Notes under the pieces: generated by a model | The model's input: the letters and a program-made list of their open reading frames with translations, nothing else | Told to the model about the DNA's origin: nothing | Database searches by the model: none | Made by a program: the position numbers and the translations under genes | Assembly (NCBI GenBank): GCA_041662585.1 | Contig: JBAZSG010000003.1 | Span: forward strand, 33,011 to 97,010 | Direction: 5' to 3' | DNA length: 64,000 bases | Origin: Patescibacteria group bacterium | GTDB taxonomy: Bacteria; Patescibacteriota; Patescibacteriia; UBA1558; GWA2-36-10 | Shown: piece by piece, positions 18,386 to 27,975 of the stretch | How positions within the stretch are numbered: position 1 is the first letter of the stretch | Layout of the letters: every line of letters begins with the position of its first letter

Positions 18386-19740
18386 TGACCAAACTAAATT
18401 TAGACAAAATAAATAAAGTATACTTAGCTGGCATAGGTGGTATTGGTTTATCAGCTATTGCTTATTATTTTCAAAATTTAAACAAAGTTGTTGAAGGTTC
18501 AGATTTATTAGAGTCAGAAGTGACCAAAAGATTAGAGGCAGCAAACATTGATATAAGATTTAAACAAGTAGCCAAAAATATTACAGATGATATTGATTTA
18601 TTTATTTATTCTTCAGCTTTACCAGACACACATCCAGAGTTACTTCAAGCCAGAGAATTTAAAATTCCTACTTTGAGTTATTTTGAATTTTTGGGGTTGC
18701 TTTCCAAAAATTATAAAACAATTGCCGTGACTGGTACCAATGGTAAAACTAGCACCACCGCAATGTTGGGGCTGATATTAGAAAAAGCAGGTCTTGATCC
18801 GACAGTTATAGTTGGTTCTCTAGTACCTCAGTGGGGCAATAATTTTCGTTTGGGAAAATCAGATTTATTGGTAGTTGAGGCTTGTGAGTGGAGAGCTCAT
18901 ATGCTCAATCTTCATCCTAGTATTATAGTACTGACCAATGTTGCTGAAGATCATTTGGATTTTTATAAAAATTTAACAGATATTAAAAAACATTTTAAAA
19001 AATTTGTTCACAAGCTTCCTGAAGATGGTTTGTTTGTCAAAAATTTTGATGATCAAAATTCTAAAGAAATAAACTTTAAAAATACTATTACCTATGGTGT
19101 GAGTGAAGAAGCAGATTGTTTTTACAAAGATTTGAAAATAGAAGATAACAAACAAAAATTTAATACCAACAAATTTCAAAATATAGAATTATCAATACCT
19201 GGTAAATACAATATTTACAACGCTTTGGCAGCTATGTCGGTAGCTAATTATCTAGGAGTAAACAAGCATCAGATGTGGAATGCTTTAGCTGAATTTAAGA
19301 GTACTTGGCGTAGATTTGAAATTGTCGGTCAGATGAAATCAAATATTGTGATTTCTGATTATGCTCATCATCCTGATTCTATCAATATGTTGCTTCGAGC
19401 GACCAAAGATTTTTATCCAGACCAAAAAATTATTGCTGTTTTCCAGCCACATCATCATAATAGGACCAAGACTTTACTTGATGAATTTGCCAAAGCTTTT
19501 TATTTGGCTGATCAAGTCATTGTTTCTGAAATATATAATGTAGCTGGTCGAGAAGATAAAATAAAAGAAGATGTAAGTTCTGTTGATTTGGTAGATAAAA
19601 TGAATCACAAACACAAGTATTATGCCAATGATTTCAAAAGAATAAAAGAAATACTCAAAGATATAAATCCTATAAATTCAGTTATTATTTTTATCGGAGC
19701 AGGGGATATAGATAATTTAGCGCGAGAAATAATTGATTAA
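18385..19740 (+). CDS. murC: UDP-MurNAc:L-Ala ligase
   Basis: GIGGIGLS, GTNGKTST, VEACE, DHLD, DYAHHP, FQPH. Confidence 0.95.
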   Translation: MTKLNLDKINKVYLAGIGGIGLSAIAYYFQNLNKVVEGSDLLESEVTKRLEAANIDIRFKQVAKNITDDIDLFIYSSALPDTHPELLQAREFKIPTLSYFEFLGLLSKNYKTIAVTGTNGKTSTTAMLGLILEKAGLDPTVIVGSLVPQWGNNFRLGKSDLLVVEACEWRAHMLNLHPSIIVLTNVAEDHLDFYKNLTDIKKHFKKFVHKLPEDGLFVKNFDDQNSKEINFKNTITYGVSEEADCFYKDLKIEDNKQKFNTNKFQNIELSIPGKYNIYNALAAMSVANYLGVNKHQMWNALAEFKSTWRRFEIVGQMKSNIVISDYAHHPDSINMLLRATKDFYPDQKIIAVFQPHHHNRTKTLLDEFAKAFYLADQVIVSEIYNVAGREDKIKEDVSSVDLVDKMNHKHKYYANDFKRIKEILKDINPINSVIIFIGAGDIDNLAREIID

Positions 19741-19742
19741 AT

Positions 19743-20492
19743 ATGAAAATAGTTAATATAAAAAATTCCAGAAAGTTAAATCTAGTAGGTGATTTGTATA
19801 CTGCTGATTCAGCTAAGATAATTATCATGAGTCATGGTTTTGCTTATGACAGACATGAAAAAGAAAACAAGTTTGATAAAATAGCCGAAAGTTTTAATAA
19901 AGTAGGTTACAATGTATTAAAATATGATTTTTCTGGTAGTGGTGAAAGCGATGACAGTCCATTAACACTAGCCAACTACATAGCTGATTTAAAATCAGTA
20001 ATTAAATATGCTAGAGAAAATGGATATAAAGATATTATATTGTTTGGGGCTAGTTTGGGAGGTTTAGTATCATTATCGGCATACAACGAAGATATAAAAG
20101 CCATAGTATGTTTAGCACCAGTCAGTGATAAGGTAGATTCGCAGTGGCGCAGAAAAAATTTTAGTGAAGAAGATTTGCTAGAAATTAAAAAAACTGGCCA
20201 GGTGATGCACAAAGCTCATGGTTTTAGGGATAAAATAATAATAGATAGACAATATTTATTAGACAGAGAAGAGGTAAACCAAAAATTATTGTTGAGAAAT
20301 ATAAAATGTCCAGTTTTGATATTTCATTCCAATGATGATACTTATGTACCACTTAAGGTTTCTGAAAGAGCTGTCAAAATTCTTGGCAATAAAGGAGAGC
20401 TTTATTTTATAAAAGACGCTGGACATGCCTTTTTAAAGCATCTTGATACGGTGGTAAACAAAACAATCAATTGGTTAGCTAAAAAAAATTAA
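19743..20492 (+). CDS. alpha/beta-hydrolase
   Basis: HGF, DFSGSGES, GASLGG nucleophile elbow, Asp and AGH triad residues. Confidence 0.85.
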   Translation: MKIVNIKNSRKLNLVGDLYTADSAKIIIMSHGFAYDRHEKENKFDKIAESFNKVGYNVLKYDFSGSGESDDSPLTLANYIADLKSVIKYARENGYKDIILFGASLGGLVSLSAYNEDIKAIVCLAPVSDKVDSQWRRKNFSEEDLLEIKKTGQVMHKAHGFRDKIIIDRQYLLDREEVNQKLLLRNIKCPVLIFHSNDDTYVPLKVSERAVKILGNKGELYFIKDAGHAFLKHLDTVVNKTINWLAKKN

Positions 20493-20496
20493 ACAT

Positions 20497-21417
20497 ATGC
20501 AAATAGAAAAAAATAAAAGTCTCAAAGAATATACCACTTTTAAAATCGGTGGTCCTGCTGAGTTTTTTGCAGATGTAAAAACTGTCGAAGATTTGCAAAT
20601 TGCTTTAAAGTGGGCCAAAGACAATCAGCAGCCTTTTAGAATCTTAGGTGGTGGTAGCAATATGCTGGTCTCTGACAATGGACTCAAAGGACTGATTGTC
20701 AAATTAAATTTTGATAAATTAGAATTTGATGGTACAAAAGTTATAGTTGGTCCCGGAGTATTATTGACTTATTTATTAAATAAAGCGCTAGAGCATAATT
20801 TAACCGGTTTAGAGTTTGCTGCTGGAGTACCAGGTACAGTTGGTGGGGCTATCCGTGGTAATGCTGGCACTTATGGAGTAGCAATGGATAGCGTAGTAAA
20901 AAAAATAAAATATCTTGATGAAAAATTAGGAGTTCAAGAAATGGACAATAATGAGGCAAATTTTGCCTATCGTCATAGTATATTTAAAGAAAAGACTTGG
21001 GTCATACTAGAAGCAGAAATGCAACTTGAACAAGGTGATATTAAAGCAGCTAGAGCCTTGGTTAAAGAAAGATTGATATATCGTCAAAATACTCAGCCAA
21101 ATTTACCATCAGCTGGTTGTATTTTTAAAAATATATTGTTTGAGCAAGTAGATTTAAATAAATTAAAAGAAAAGAACATAGATATTGATAAATTTTCCCA
21201 ATATAAAAAAATTCCAGCCGCTCATTTGATAGAAAAAGCTGGTTTGAAGGGCCATACTATTGGTGGAGCACAGGTTTCTGAATTACATGGTAACTATATT
21301 GTCAACAAAGGAGATGCTACAGCCGAACAAGTAATTATGCTTATTAGTTTTATAAAGCAGCAAGTTAGGGATAAGTATGGTGTCCAATTGCAAGAGGAAG
21401 TGCAATTATTGGTCTAA
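20497..21417 (+). CDS. murB: UDP-N-acetylenolpyruvoylglucosamine reductase
   Basis: TFKIGGPA, GGGSN, GVPGTVGGA, SAGCIFKN, HGNYIVN. Confidence 0.95.
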   Translation: MQIEKNKSLKEYTTFKIGGPAEFFADVKTVEDLQIALKWAKDNQQPFRILGGGSNMLVSDNGLKGLIVKLNFDKLEFDGTKVIVGPGVLLTYLLNKALEHNLTGLEFAAGVPGTVGGAIRGNAGTYGVAMDSVVKKIKYLDEKLGVQEMDNNEANFAYRHSIFKEKTWVILEAEMQLEQGDIKAARALVKERLIYRQNTQPNLPSAGCIFKNILFEQVDLNKLKEKNIDIDKFSQYKKIPAAHLIEKAGLKGHTIGGAQVSELHGNYIVNKGDATAEQVIMLISFIKQQVRDKYGVQLQEEVQLLV

Positions 21418-21461
21418 TATTAGCCAAAAAGCTTATTTTTTAGATATCTGGTCTATAATCA

Positions 21462-21489
21462 TTGACTTTTTGAAAAAAATCTGTATAAT
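21462..21489 (+). promoter_or_regulatory. sigma70 promoter of the infA/alpha operon
   Basis: TTGACT-16-TATAAT. Confidence 0.55.
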
Positions 21490-21595
21490 ATAGGGGCATT
21501 GATTATTTATAGGATTTTTAAGTATTTATGCTTATTTAAAGGAAAATTCTTATGGTCAATTGATCATAGAAGAATTTCTTTTTTTATAGAAATAA

Positions 21596-21832
21596 ATGAC
21601 AGAACAAGAGCCGAAAGTAAACAAAAAAGGATTTTTGGAGATGGATGGAGAAGTGTTAGATCTTCTTCCTAATGCCAACTTTAAAGTGGTTTTGGAAAAC
21701 GGCCATGAGGTTTTGGCTCATTTAGCTGGTAAGATGCGTATGTTTAAGATAAGAATCTTACCTGGTGATAAAGTCACTATAGAAATGAGTCCCTATGATA
21801 TGAGTAAAGGAAGAATTATTTATAGAAAATAA
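21596..21832 (+). CDS. infA: translation initiation factor IF-1
   Basis: [13 protein letters not shown]...GKMR...RILPGDKV. Confidence 0.97.
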   Translation: MTEQEPKVNKKGFLEMDGEVLDLLPNANFKVVLENGHEVLAHLAGKMRMFKIRILPGDKVTIEMSPYDMSKGRIIYRK

Positions 21833-21838
21833 TATAGT

Positions 21839-21952
21839 ATGAAAGTAAGATCATCAGTGAAAAAAATGTGCAAAGACTGCAAAATCACTCGTCGTAAGAA
21901 CAGAGTGGTTTGTATTTGTAAAAATCCTAAACATAAACAAAGACAAGGATAA
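21839..21952 (+). CDS. rpmJ: 50S ribosomal protein L36 (not in ORF track)
   Basis: Manual translation [37 protein letters not shown]. Confidence 0.97.
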   Translation: MKVRSSVKKMCKDCKITRRKNRVVCICKNPKHKQRQG

Positions 21953-21989
21953 ATTAGTTAAAACTTTTAAACTTTATAAACTAAATTTT

Positions 21990-22376
21990 ATGGCCAGAAT
22001 CGCAGGTATAAATATTCCAAGTGAAAAAAGAGCTGAAATAGCCCTTACTTATATTTATGGTATTGGTTTGACAACTGCTCAAAAAATATTAAAAGAAGTA
22101 AAGCTTGACGCTAATAAAAAAATCAAAGATTTTAGTGATGAAGAAATCAATCTAATTAGAAAAAGATTAGAAACCATCAAAGTAGAAGGTGAACTTCGTC
22201 GTGATAAAATATCAAACATCAAGAGACTCAAAGAAATAAAATCATACCGTGGCTCTCGTCATGTAAAAAACTTACCTGCCCGAGGTCAAAGATCAAAAAC
22301 CAATTCTCGTACTATACGCGGTAACAAGCGTGTTACTATGGGAAGTGGTAAAGCCAAACCCGAACAAAAAACTTAA
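21990..22376 (+). CDS. rpsM: 30S ribosomal protein S13
   Basis: MARIAGINIP...LTYIYGIG...RGQRSKTNSRT. Confidence 0.97.
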   Translation: MARIAGINIPSEKRAEIALTYIYGIGLTTAQKILKEVKLDANKKIKDFSDEEINLIRKRLETIKVEGELRRDKISNIKRLKEIKSYRGSRHVKNLPARGQRSKTNSRTIRGNKRVTMGSGKAKPEQKT

Positions 22377-22397
22377 TTTAAATGATTTGTATATAAT

Positions 22398-22784
22398 ATG
22401 GTAAAGACAATAAAATCAAAAAAGAAAGTAAAAAAGAGTATTAAAAAAGGACAAGCTTATATTCAAGCTACCTACAATAATACTGTTGTTACTGTTACTG
22501 ATGAACAAGGTAATACTTTGGCTTGGTCATCTGCTGGTTTAAATGGTTTTAAAGGCCCTAAAAAAGCTACTCCTTATGCAGCTGGTATTATTGTTAGAAA
22601 TGTTTCTGACAAGGTAAAAGAAATGGGTTTGGCAACAGTAGATATTTTTGTAAAAGGAGTTGGAGCTGGTCGTGAAGCTGCAATTCGTGCTTTTCACGCC
22701 AATGGTTTAGCAATTGGCTCTATCAAAGATATGACTCCAATACCTCACAATGGTTGTAGACCAAGAAAACAAAGAAGAGTATAA
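22398..22784 (+). CDS. rpsK: 30S ribosomal protein S11
   Basis: ATYNNT...TPYAA...TPIPHNGCRP. Confidence 0.97.
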   Translation: MVKTIKSKKKVKKSIKKGQAYIQATYNNTVVTVTDEQGNTLAWSSAGLNGFKGPKKATPYAAGIIVRNVSDKVKEMGLATVDIFVKGVGAGREAAIRAFHANGLAIGSIKDMTPIPHNGCRPRKQRRV

Positions 22785-22801
22785 ACTTTATAAACTAAAT
22801 T

Positions 22802-23410
22802 ATGGCTAGAAATTTAAAACCAAGACATAAAGCAAGTCGTAGATTTGGCGAAAACGTTGCTGATACTTTGAAGGAATCAAAGAAAAACTATCCTCCAGGA
22901 ATGCATGGTCCTAAAAAGACTTTTGCTAAAACCTCAGAATTTGGACGTCAGTTAAAAGAAAAGCAAAAGGCCAAAGCTATTTATGGTATTTTAGAAAAGC
23001 AATTTAGATTGACTTTTGAAGATGCTGCTAAATTATCAGGTGATTTGGGTCAAAATTTATTGATAACCCTTGAAAGTCGTTTGGATAATGTAATTCATCG
23101 TTCAGGACTGGCTCAAACTAGACGTTTGGCTCGTCAATTGGTGACTCATGGACATTTTACTGTAGATGGTGTAGCTACTGATATTCCTTCATATCGAGTT
23201 AAGGCAGGTCAAATTATTAAAGTAAAAGAAAATAAAACCAAAAAAGGTTATTGGGCAAATTTATTAGAGGGTATTGATAAAGTACAAACTGCTGGTTGGT
23301 TATCACTAGATGGTAAAAACCTAACCATTACTGTCAATTCTCTACCAAATAAAGAAGAATTGCCAAATAACATTGATACTCCACTAATAGTTGATTTTTA
23401 TTCTAGATAA
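22802..23410 (+). CDS. rpsD: 30S ribosomal protein S4
   Basis: PPGMHG, QLKEKQK, LESRLDN, ARQLVTHGH. Confidence 0.97.
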   Translation: MARNLKPRHKASRRFGENVADTLKESKKNYPPGMHGPKKTFAKTSEFGRQLKEKQKAKAIYGILEKQFRLTFEDAAKLSGDLGQNLLITLESRLDNVIHRSGLAQTRRLARQLVTHGHFTVDGVATDIPSYRVKAGQIIKVKENKTKKGYWANLLEGIDKVQTAGWLSLDGKNLTITVNSLPNKEELPNNIDTPLIVDFYSR

Positions 23411-23437
23411 TAATAAATAAAAATTAAAAATAGATTT

Positions 23438-24220
23438 ATGATTCAAATTACATTCCCAGATAAAACAAGTATAAAGGATTTAAAGGATAATCACTATCAA
23501 GTGGTCATTGAACCCTTTTTTCCTGGTTTTGGTGTAACAGTAGGCAATGCTCTTCGTAGAGTACTACTTTCATCACTTGAGGGTGCTGCTGTGACTTCTT
23601 TTAAAGTAGAAGGAGCTCAACACGAATTTGATTCTGTCGAGGGTGTTAAAGAAGACTTGGTAGAGATAATGTTAAATTTGAAACAGTTAAGAGTTAAATC
23701 TTTTTCTGAAGAACCTGTAAAATTGATTTTAGATGTTAAAGGCGAAAAAGTTGTAACGGCAGCTGATATTAAAAAGAATGCTGATGTAGAAATCATTAAT
23801 TCAGATTTAGTGATTGCTACCATTACTGATAAAAATACAAAATTTGGAATGGAAATAACGGTTGAACAAGGTAGAGGCTATGTGACTGTAGAACAACGTG
23901 ATGATAGTAAAAAATTGGAGATTTCTAATGTGGCTATTGATTCTAGTTTTTCACCAGTATTAAATGTAGGTTACAAAATAGACAATGTGCGTGTTGGTGA
24001 AATGACTAATTACGAAAGACTCACCATTGATATGTTAACCGATGGTACAATTGATGCTAAAGTAGCTATTTCTCGTGCGGCTAAGATTTTGGAAGATCAT
24101 TTTAAATTGTTTATTGAAGAAGAAATACCAGTAGTAAGCAAAAAGAAAGATAAAGATGTAGAAGAAAAACCAAAAAAAGTTACCAAAAAAGTAAGTACTA
24201 AAGACAAAGAAGATAAATAA
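23438..24220 (+). CDS. rpoA: RNA polymerase alpha subunit (no recognisable alpha-CTD)
   Basis: EPFFPGFGVTVGNALRRVLLSS, HEF, GRGYV; only 260 aa, ending in a Lys/Glu tail. Confidence 0.95.
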   Translation: MIQITFPDKTSIKDLKDNHYQVVIEPFFPGFGVTVGNALRRVLLSSLEGAAVTSFKVEGAQHEFDSVEGVKEDLVEIMLNLKQLRVKSFSEEPVKLILDVKGEKVVTAADIKKNADVEIINSDLVIATITDKNTKFGMEITVEQGRGYVTVEQRDDSKKLEISNVAIDSSFSPVLNVGYKIDNVRVGEMTNYERLTIDMLTDGTIDAKVAISRAAKILEDHFKLFIEEEIPVVSKKKDKDVEEKPKKVTKKVSTKDKEDK

Positions 24221-24221
24221 T

Positions 24222-24572
24222 ATGAGACATAGAAAAGTAGGTAAAAAATTGGGCAGAGAAGCCGGACCACGCAAAGCTTTGACAGATAGCTTGGCTACTT
24301 CATTGGTATTGTATGAAAAAATAGTAACTACTGAAGCCAAGGCCAAAGCTATTCGTCCTATTGTAGAAAAACTTATTACACGTTCCAAAGTAAAGTCTGT
24401 ACACAATAAACAACAATTGGGTAGAGTTTTGGAAGACAAAAAAGCTGTACAAAAACTATTGGATGTTATTGGACCAAAATATAAAGATAGAAAAGGTGGC
24501 TATACTCGCATTATAAAAATGACTCGTCGTCAAGGTGATGGTGCTGCTATGGCTCAAATTGAACTGGTATAA
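24222..24572 (+). CDS. rplQ: 50S ribosomal protein L17
   Basis: MRHRKVGKKLGR...GGYTRIIK. Confidence 0.97.
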   Translation: MRHRKVGKKLGREAGPRKALTDSLATSLVLYEKIVTTEAKAKAIRPIVEKLITRSKVKSVHNKQQLGRVLEDKKAVQKLLDVIGPKYKDRKGGYTRIIKMTRRQGDGAAMAQIELV

Positions 24573-24576
24573 ATAT

Positions 24577-24924
24577 ATGGAAAGAACAACACACAAAATT
24601 GATGCAGAAGGTAAGATAGCTGGTAGATTGGCCAGTGAGATTGCTATGCTTTTGCAAGGTAAAAATAGAGTAGATTATCAAGCACATACAGATTGTGGTG
24701 AAATTGTTGAAGTAACAAATGTAGCTGGTATGAAATTTTCTGGTAAAAAACTAGAAAGCAAAGTTTATAATCGAGTTACCGGTTATCCAGGTGGTCTTCG
24801 TACCAAAAGAGTAAAAAATATGATGGCAGAAGAGCCTCAAGAAGTACTTCGTAAGATGGTTTATATGATGCTTCCAAAAAATAAACTTAGACCTAATATG
24901 ATTAAAAGATTAAAAGTAAGCTAA
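24577..24924 (+). CDS. rplM: 50S ribosomal protein L13
   Basis: IDAEGKIAGRLAS...GYPGG...MLPKNKL; start moved to ATG 24577. Confidence 0.95.
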   Translation: MERTTHKIDAEGKIAGRLASEIAMLLQGKNRVDYQAHTDCGEIVEVTNVAGMKFSGKKLESKVYNRVTGYPGGLRTKRVKNMMAEEPQEVLRKMVYMMLPKNKLRPNMIKRLKVS

Positions 24925-24925
24925 T

Positions 24926-25339
24926 ATGGCAGTTAATAAAGAAAACAAAGATTATATTCCAGCTGTTGGCAAAAGAAAAAGAGCCATTGCTAGAATTAGA
25001 ATCATCAAAAATAATGTTAAGGGTCTAAAGATTACCATCAATGACAAAGACTACAAAGAATATTTACCTTATTTAGAATGGCAAGAATTAATTTTGAGGT
25101 CATTAAAATTGGCCGGTAGAGATAATATTACTATTAGTATCAAAGTTGCTGGTGGTGGAATCAAAGGACAAGTAGATGCTATAAAACACGGTATTGCCAA
25201 AGCATTGCTTAAGACTGATGAAGATTTACGTTCTACTTTGAAAAAAGATGGTTTACTTACTAGAGATTCTCGTATAAAAGAAAGAAAGAAACCTGGTCTT
25301 AAAAAAGCTCGTAAAGCTCCACAATGGAGTAAGAGATAA
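24926..25339 (+). CDS. rpsI: 30S ribosomal protein S9
   Basis: GKRKRAIAR, GGGIKGQ, ERKKPGLKKARKAPQWSKR. Confidence 0.97.
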   Translation: MAVNKENKDYIPAVGKRKRAIARIRIIKNNVKGLKITINDKDYKEYLPYLEWQELILRSLKLAGRDNITISIKVAGGGIKGQVDAIKHGIAKALLKTDEDLRSTLKKDGLLTRDSRIKERKKPGLKKARKAPQWSKR

Positions 25340-25364
25340 ACTTACGATAATATATAAATTATAT

Positions 25365-25392
25365 AAAAATCTCGCTTTTAGCGAGATTTTTT
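25365..25392 (+). terminator. intrinsic terminator after rpsI
   Basis: AAAAATCTCGCT-TTT-AGCGAGATTTTTT. Confidence 0.8.
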
Positions 25393-25464
25393 GATTAAAT
25401 AAAGATAAAAGAGATGATGTTTTTGAGCCTTTATTTAGTGGGTTTTTTGTGATAAAATAGACTT

Positions 25465-26892
25465 ATGTTAACTAGTCAACGAATTACCAGTAATACTAGT
25501 TTTTTCATGTTAGCGCTGATTTTTCAGAAAGTGCTTTCTTTTGTTTATTTTACAATTTTGGCTCGTAATTTGGGATCTGAAAGTATGGGTCAGTATTTTT
25601 TTGCAGTTTCTTTTGCTTCCATGTTTTCAGTACTAATTGATCTTGGCCTTTCACCACTTTTGATAAGAGAAGTAGCCAAAGAGGAAGAATCAAATAAGTG
25701 GTTTGGACAGATTTTTACTATCAAACTTATACTGGCTTTGATTACAGCTTTTATTATTTTGGGTTTAGATTTAATTTTATTTTATAGTGATCCAGTTAGA
25801 AATCTAATATTTTTGACTACAGCTATTATAGTTATTGATAGTTTTACTTTATTTTTTTATGCCTTTATTCGAGGTAAACAAAATCTCAGGTTTGAATCTT
25901 TGGGAGTGATTATTTTTCAATTGATAGTAATAGTAATGGGACTTGCTTTATTAAATATAACTAGCAATGTATTTTTATTACTCACTGTGCTTTTTACTGC
26001 TAGTTTATTTAATTTGATTTACTCTGGTATTATTTTAAACAAAAAGTTTGCTATAAAATTAAAACTTTATTTTTCCAAAGATTTAGCCAAGAAAATCATG
26101 ATGATAGCCTTGCCTTTTGCTTTGGCTGCTATTTTTGCCAAAATTTATGCTTATATAGATACGGTTTTAATAAAATTATTTTTAGGTGACAAGGAGGTAG
26201 GTTTTTATAGTGTAGCTTATAAAATTACCTTTGCCTTGCAGTTTATTCCCTTGGCTTTTGTAGCAGCACTTTATCCAGCCTTTTCCAATTATTTCAAAAC
26301 AGATATTGAAAAATTAAAACGTACTTTTGCTAGGGCTTTCAACTATTTGGCTTTTATAGCTCTACCACTTAGCTTTGGTATTATTGCCCTGTCAGGAGAG
26401 ATAATAAACAAGCTGTATACTGATGATTTTGATTCTGTTTGGCCACTCAAAGTTTTGATTGCTTCCATACCATTTTTATTTATAAATTTTTCTTTGTCCA
26501 GCTTTTTAAACGCTAGTGAAAGACAAAAAATAAATACTAGAAATCTTGGTATTATAATGTTGTTTAATATTATTTTAAATTTGATTTTAATACCAAAGCT
26601 TGGTGTTTGGGGGGCTAGTTTGACATCCACTTTATCTACCTTGTTTTTATTTATATTAAATCTTAGAGAAGTAATGAGGGTGGTACATATGCCTATTATA
26701 TTTTTTAGACCAATACTCGGATCTTTGTTATCAGCCTTTATAATGTATTGGTCGGTTGTTTATAGCAAAGATATAGTAGGTTGGATTTTATCTATAATAG
26801 TAGGAGCTATAGTATATTTGTTGTTAATGCTTATTACTCGTACTGTAAAAATACAGGATTTGCTACAATTAAAAAAATCATTTAGATCATGA
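25465..26892 (+). CDS. Wzx-type polysaccharide flippase
   Basis: polytopic membrane protein; ARNLG, DLGLS..LIRE, VGFYSVAYK, LNLILIPKLG. Confidence 0.88.
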   Translation: MLTSQRITSNTSFFMLALIFQKVLSFVYFTILARNLGSESMGQYFFAVSFASMFSVLIDLGLSPLLIREVAKEEESNKWFGQIFTIKLILALITAFIILGLDLILFYSDPVRNLIFLTTAIIVIDSFTLFFYAFIRGKQNLRFESLGVIIFQLIVIVMGLALLNITSNVFLLLTVLFTASLFNLIYSGIILNKKFAIKLKLYFSKDLAKKIMMIALPFALAAIFAKIYAYIDTVLIKLFLGDKEVGFYSVAYKITFALQFIPLAFVAALYPAFSNYFKTDIEKLKRTFARAFNYLAFIALPLSFGIIALSGEIINKLYTDDFDSVWPLKVLIASIPFLFINFSLSSFLNASERQKINTRNLGIIMLFNIILNLILIPKLGVWGASLTSTLSTLFLFILNLREVMRVVHMPIIFFRPILGSLLSAFIMYWSVVYSKDIVGWILSIIVGAIVYLLLMLITRTVKIQDLLQLKKSFRS

Positions 26893-27974
26893 AAAAAACT
26901 TTAGTTTTAACACATGAATATTATCCTTTCAAAGGTGGAGTAGCTCGCTATTGCCACAATCTTTTTAAGTTTTTTAAAGAAGATCAATATTTGGTGATTA
27001 GTGACAATCAAGAAATAAAGTCTCATGACAATATCATACATACTAGATTAGTTTGGAAATGGATAAAGCCAGCTTGGCTGTTGGCTTATTTTAAATTAAA
27101 AAAATTAATCAAACAAAACAATATAAATCAGATATTTACTCCAAATATTTTGCCTTTGGGTAGTTTGGCTTATTTTTTAAAAATACCTTATATTATTTCT
27201 TTACATGGTTTAGATATTAATTTGGCTATCAAAAATAAACCAGCGCTTACCAAAAAAATATTAGTTAATGCCAAAGCCATAATTACCAATAGTCAAAATA
27301 CAGCTAAAATTTTTGATGCACTAGAAATTGATAAAACAAAAATATATATTATATATCCAGCCTTAGATTTTGATACTAGCTATGATGAAAGCAAATTAAA
27401 AGCTTTTCGTAGAAAACTGGATATAAATGACGAAAAAATAATTATTACTTTGGGGCGTCTAAATAAACGCAAAGCTCAAGATTTGGTAATAGAGGCTATC
27501 GCTGAAATAAAAAATGATTATAAACTAAAATATTTTATAATCGGCAGAGGGCAAGAAAAACAAAATTTAGAAATTTTAATTAAAAAATATAAACTAGAAA
27601 AAAGTGTTTTTATTTTTGATAATATAGAAGATGAAGAGTTGATTTATTTTTTTAAGATGGCGGATATTTTTGCTATGCCCTCTAGAAATATAGAGGCAGA
27701 CATAGAGGGTTTTGGTATAGTATTTTTGGAAGCGGCAATTTGTAAGTTAGCTATTATTGCTGGGGATAGTGGAGGTATCAAAGAGGTATTCAATGCTTCT
27801 GATCAAGCAATATTGGTCCCTGGAGACGATATACGAGCCCTAATCAATGCTTTGAAGTATTTATTGAACAATCCTAAAGAAGCTGATAAACTAGCACTCA
27901 ATGCTTATAAACGGGCCAAAGAATTTAAAAGTGCCCAAGAACAGTCATTAATTTTAAAAGAAATATTAAAATAG
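26889..27974 (+). CDS. glycosyltransferase family 4
   Basis: GGVARY, LGRL..RK, EGFGIVFLEA. Confidence 0.9.
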   Translation: MKKTLVLTHEYYPFKGGVARYCHNLFKFFKEDQYLVISDNQEIKSHDNIIHTRLVWKWIKPAWLLAYFKLKKLIKQNNINQIFTPNILPLGSLAYFLKIPYIISLHGLDINLAIKNKPALTKKILVNAKAIITNSQNTAKIFDALEIDKTKIYIIYPALDFDTSYDESKLKAFRRKLDINDEKIIITLGRLNKRKAQDLVIEAIAEIKNDYKLKYFIIGRGQEKQNLEILIKKYKLEKSVFIFDNIEDEELIYFFKMADIFAMPSRNIEADIEGFGIVFLEAAICKLAIIAGDSGGIKEVFNASDQAILVPGDDIRALINALKYLLNNPKEADKLALNAYKRAKEFKSAQEQSLILKEILK

Positions 27975-27975
27975 T

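Noticed and set aside
24535-24576. N-terminal extension of L13 in the ORF track
   Set aside because: Overlaps rplQ; ATG 24577 gives the expected start
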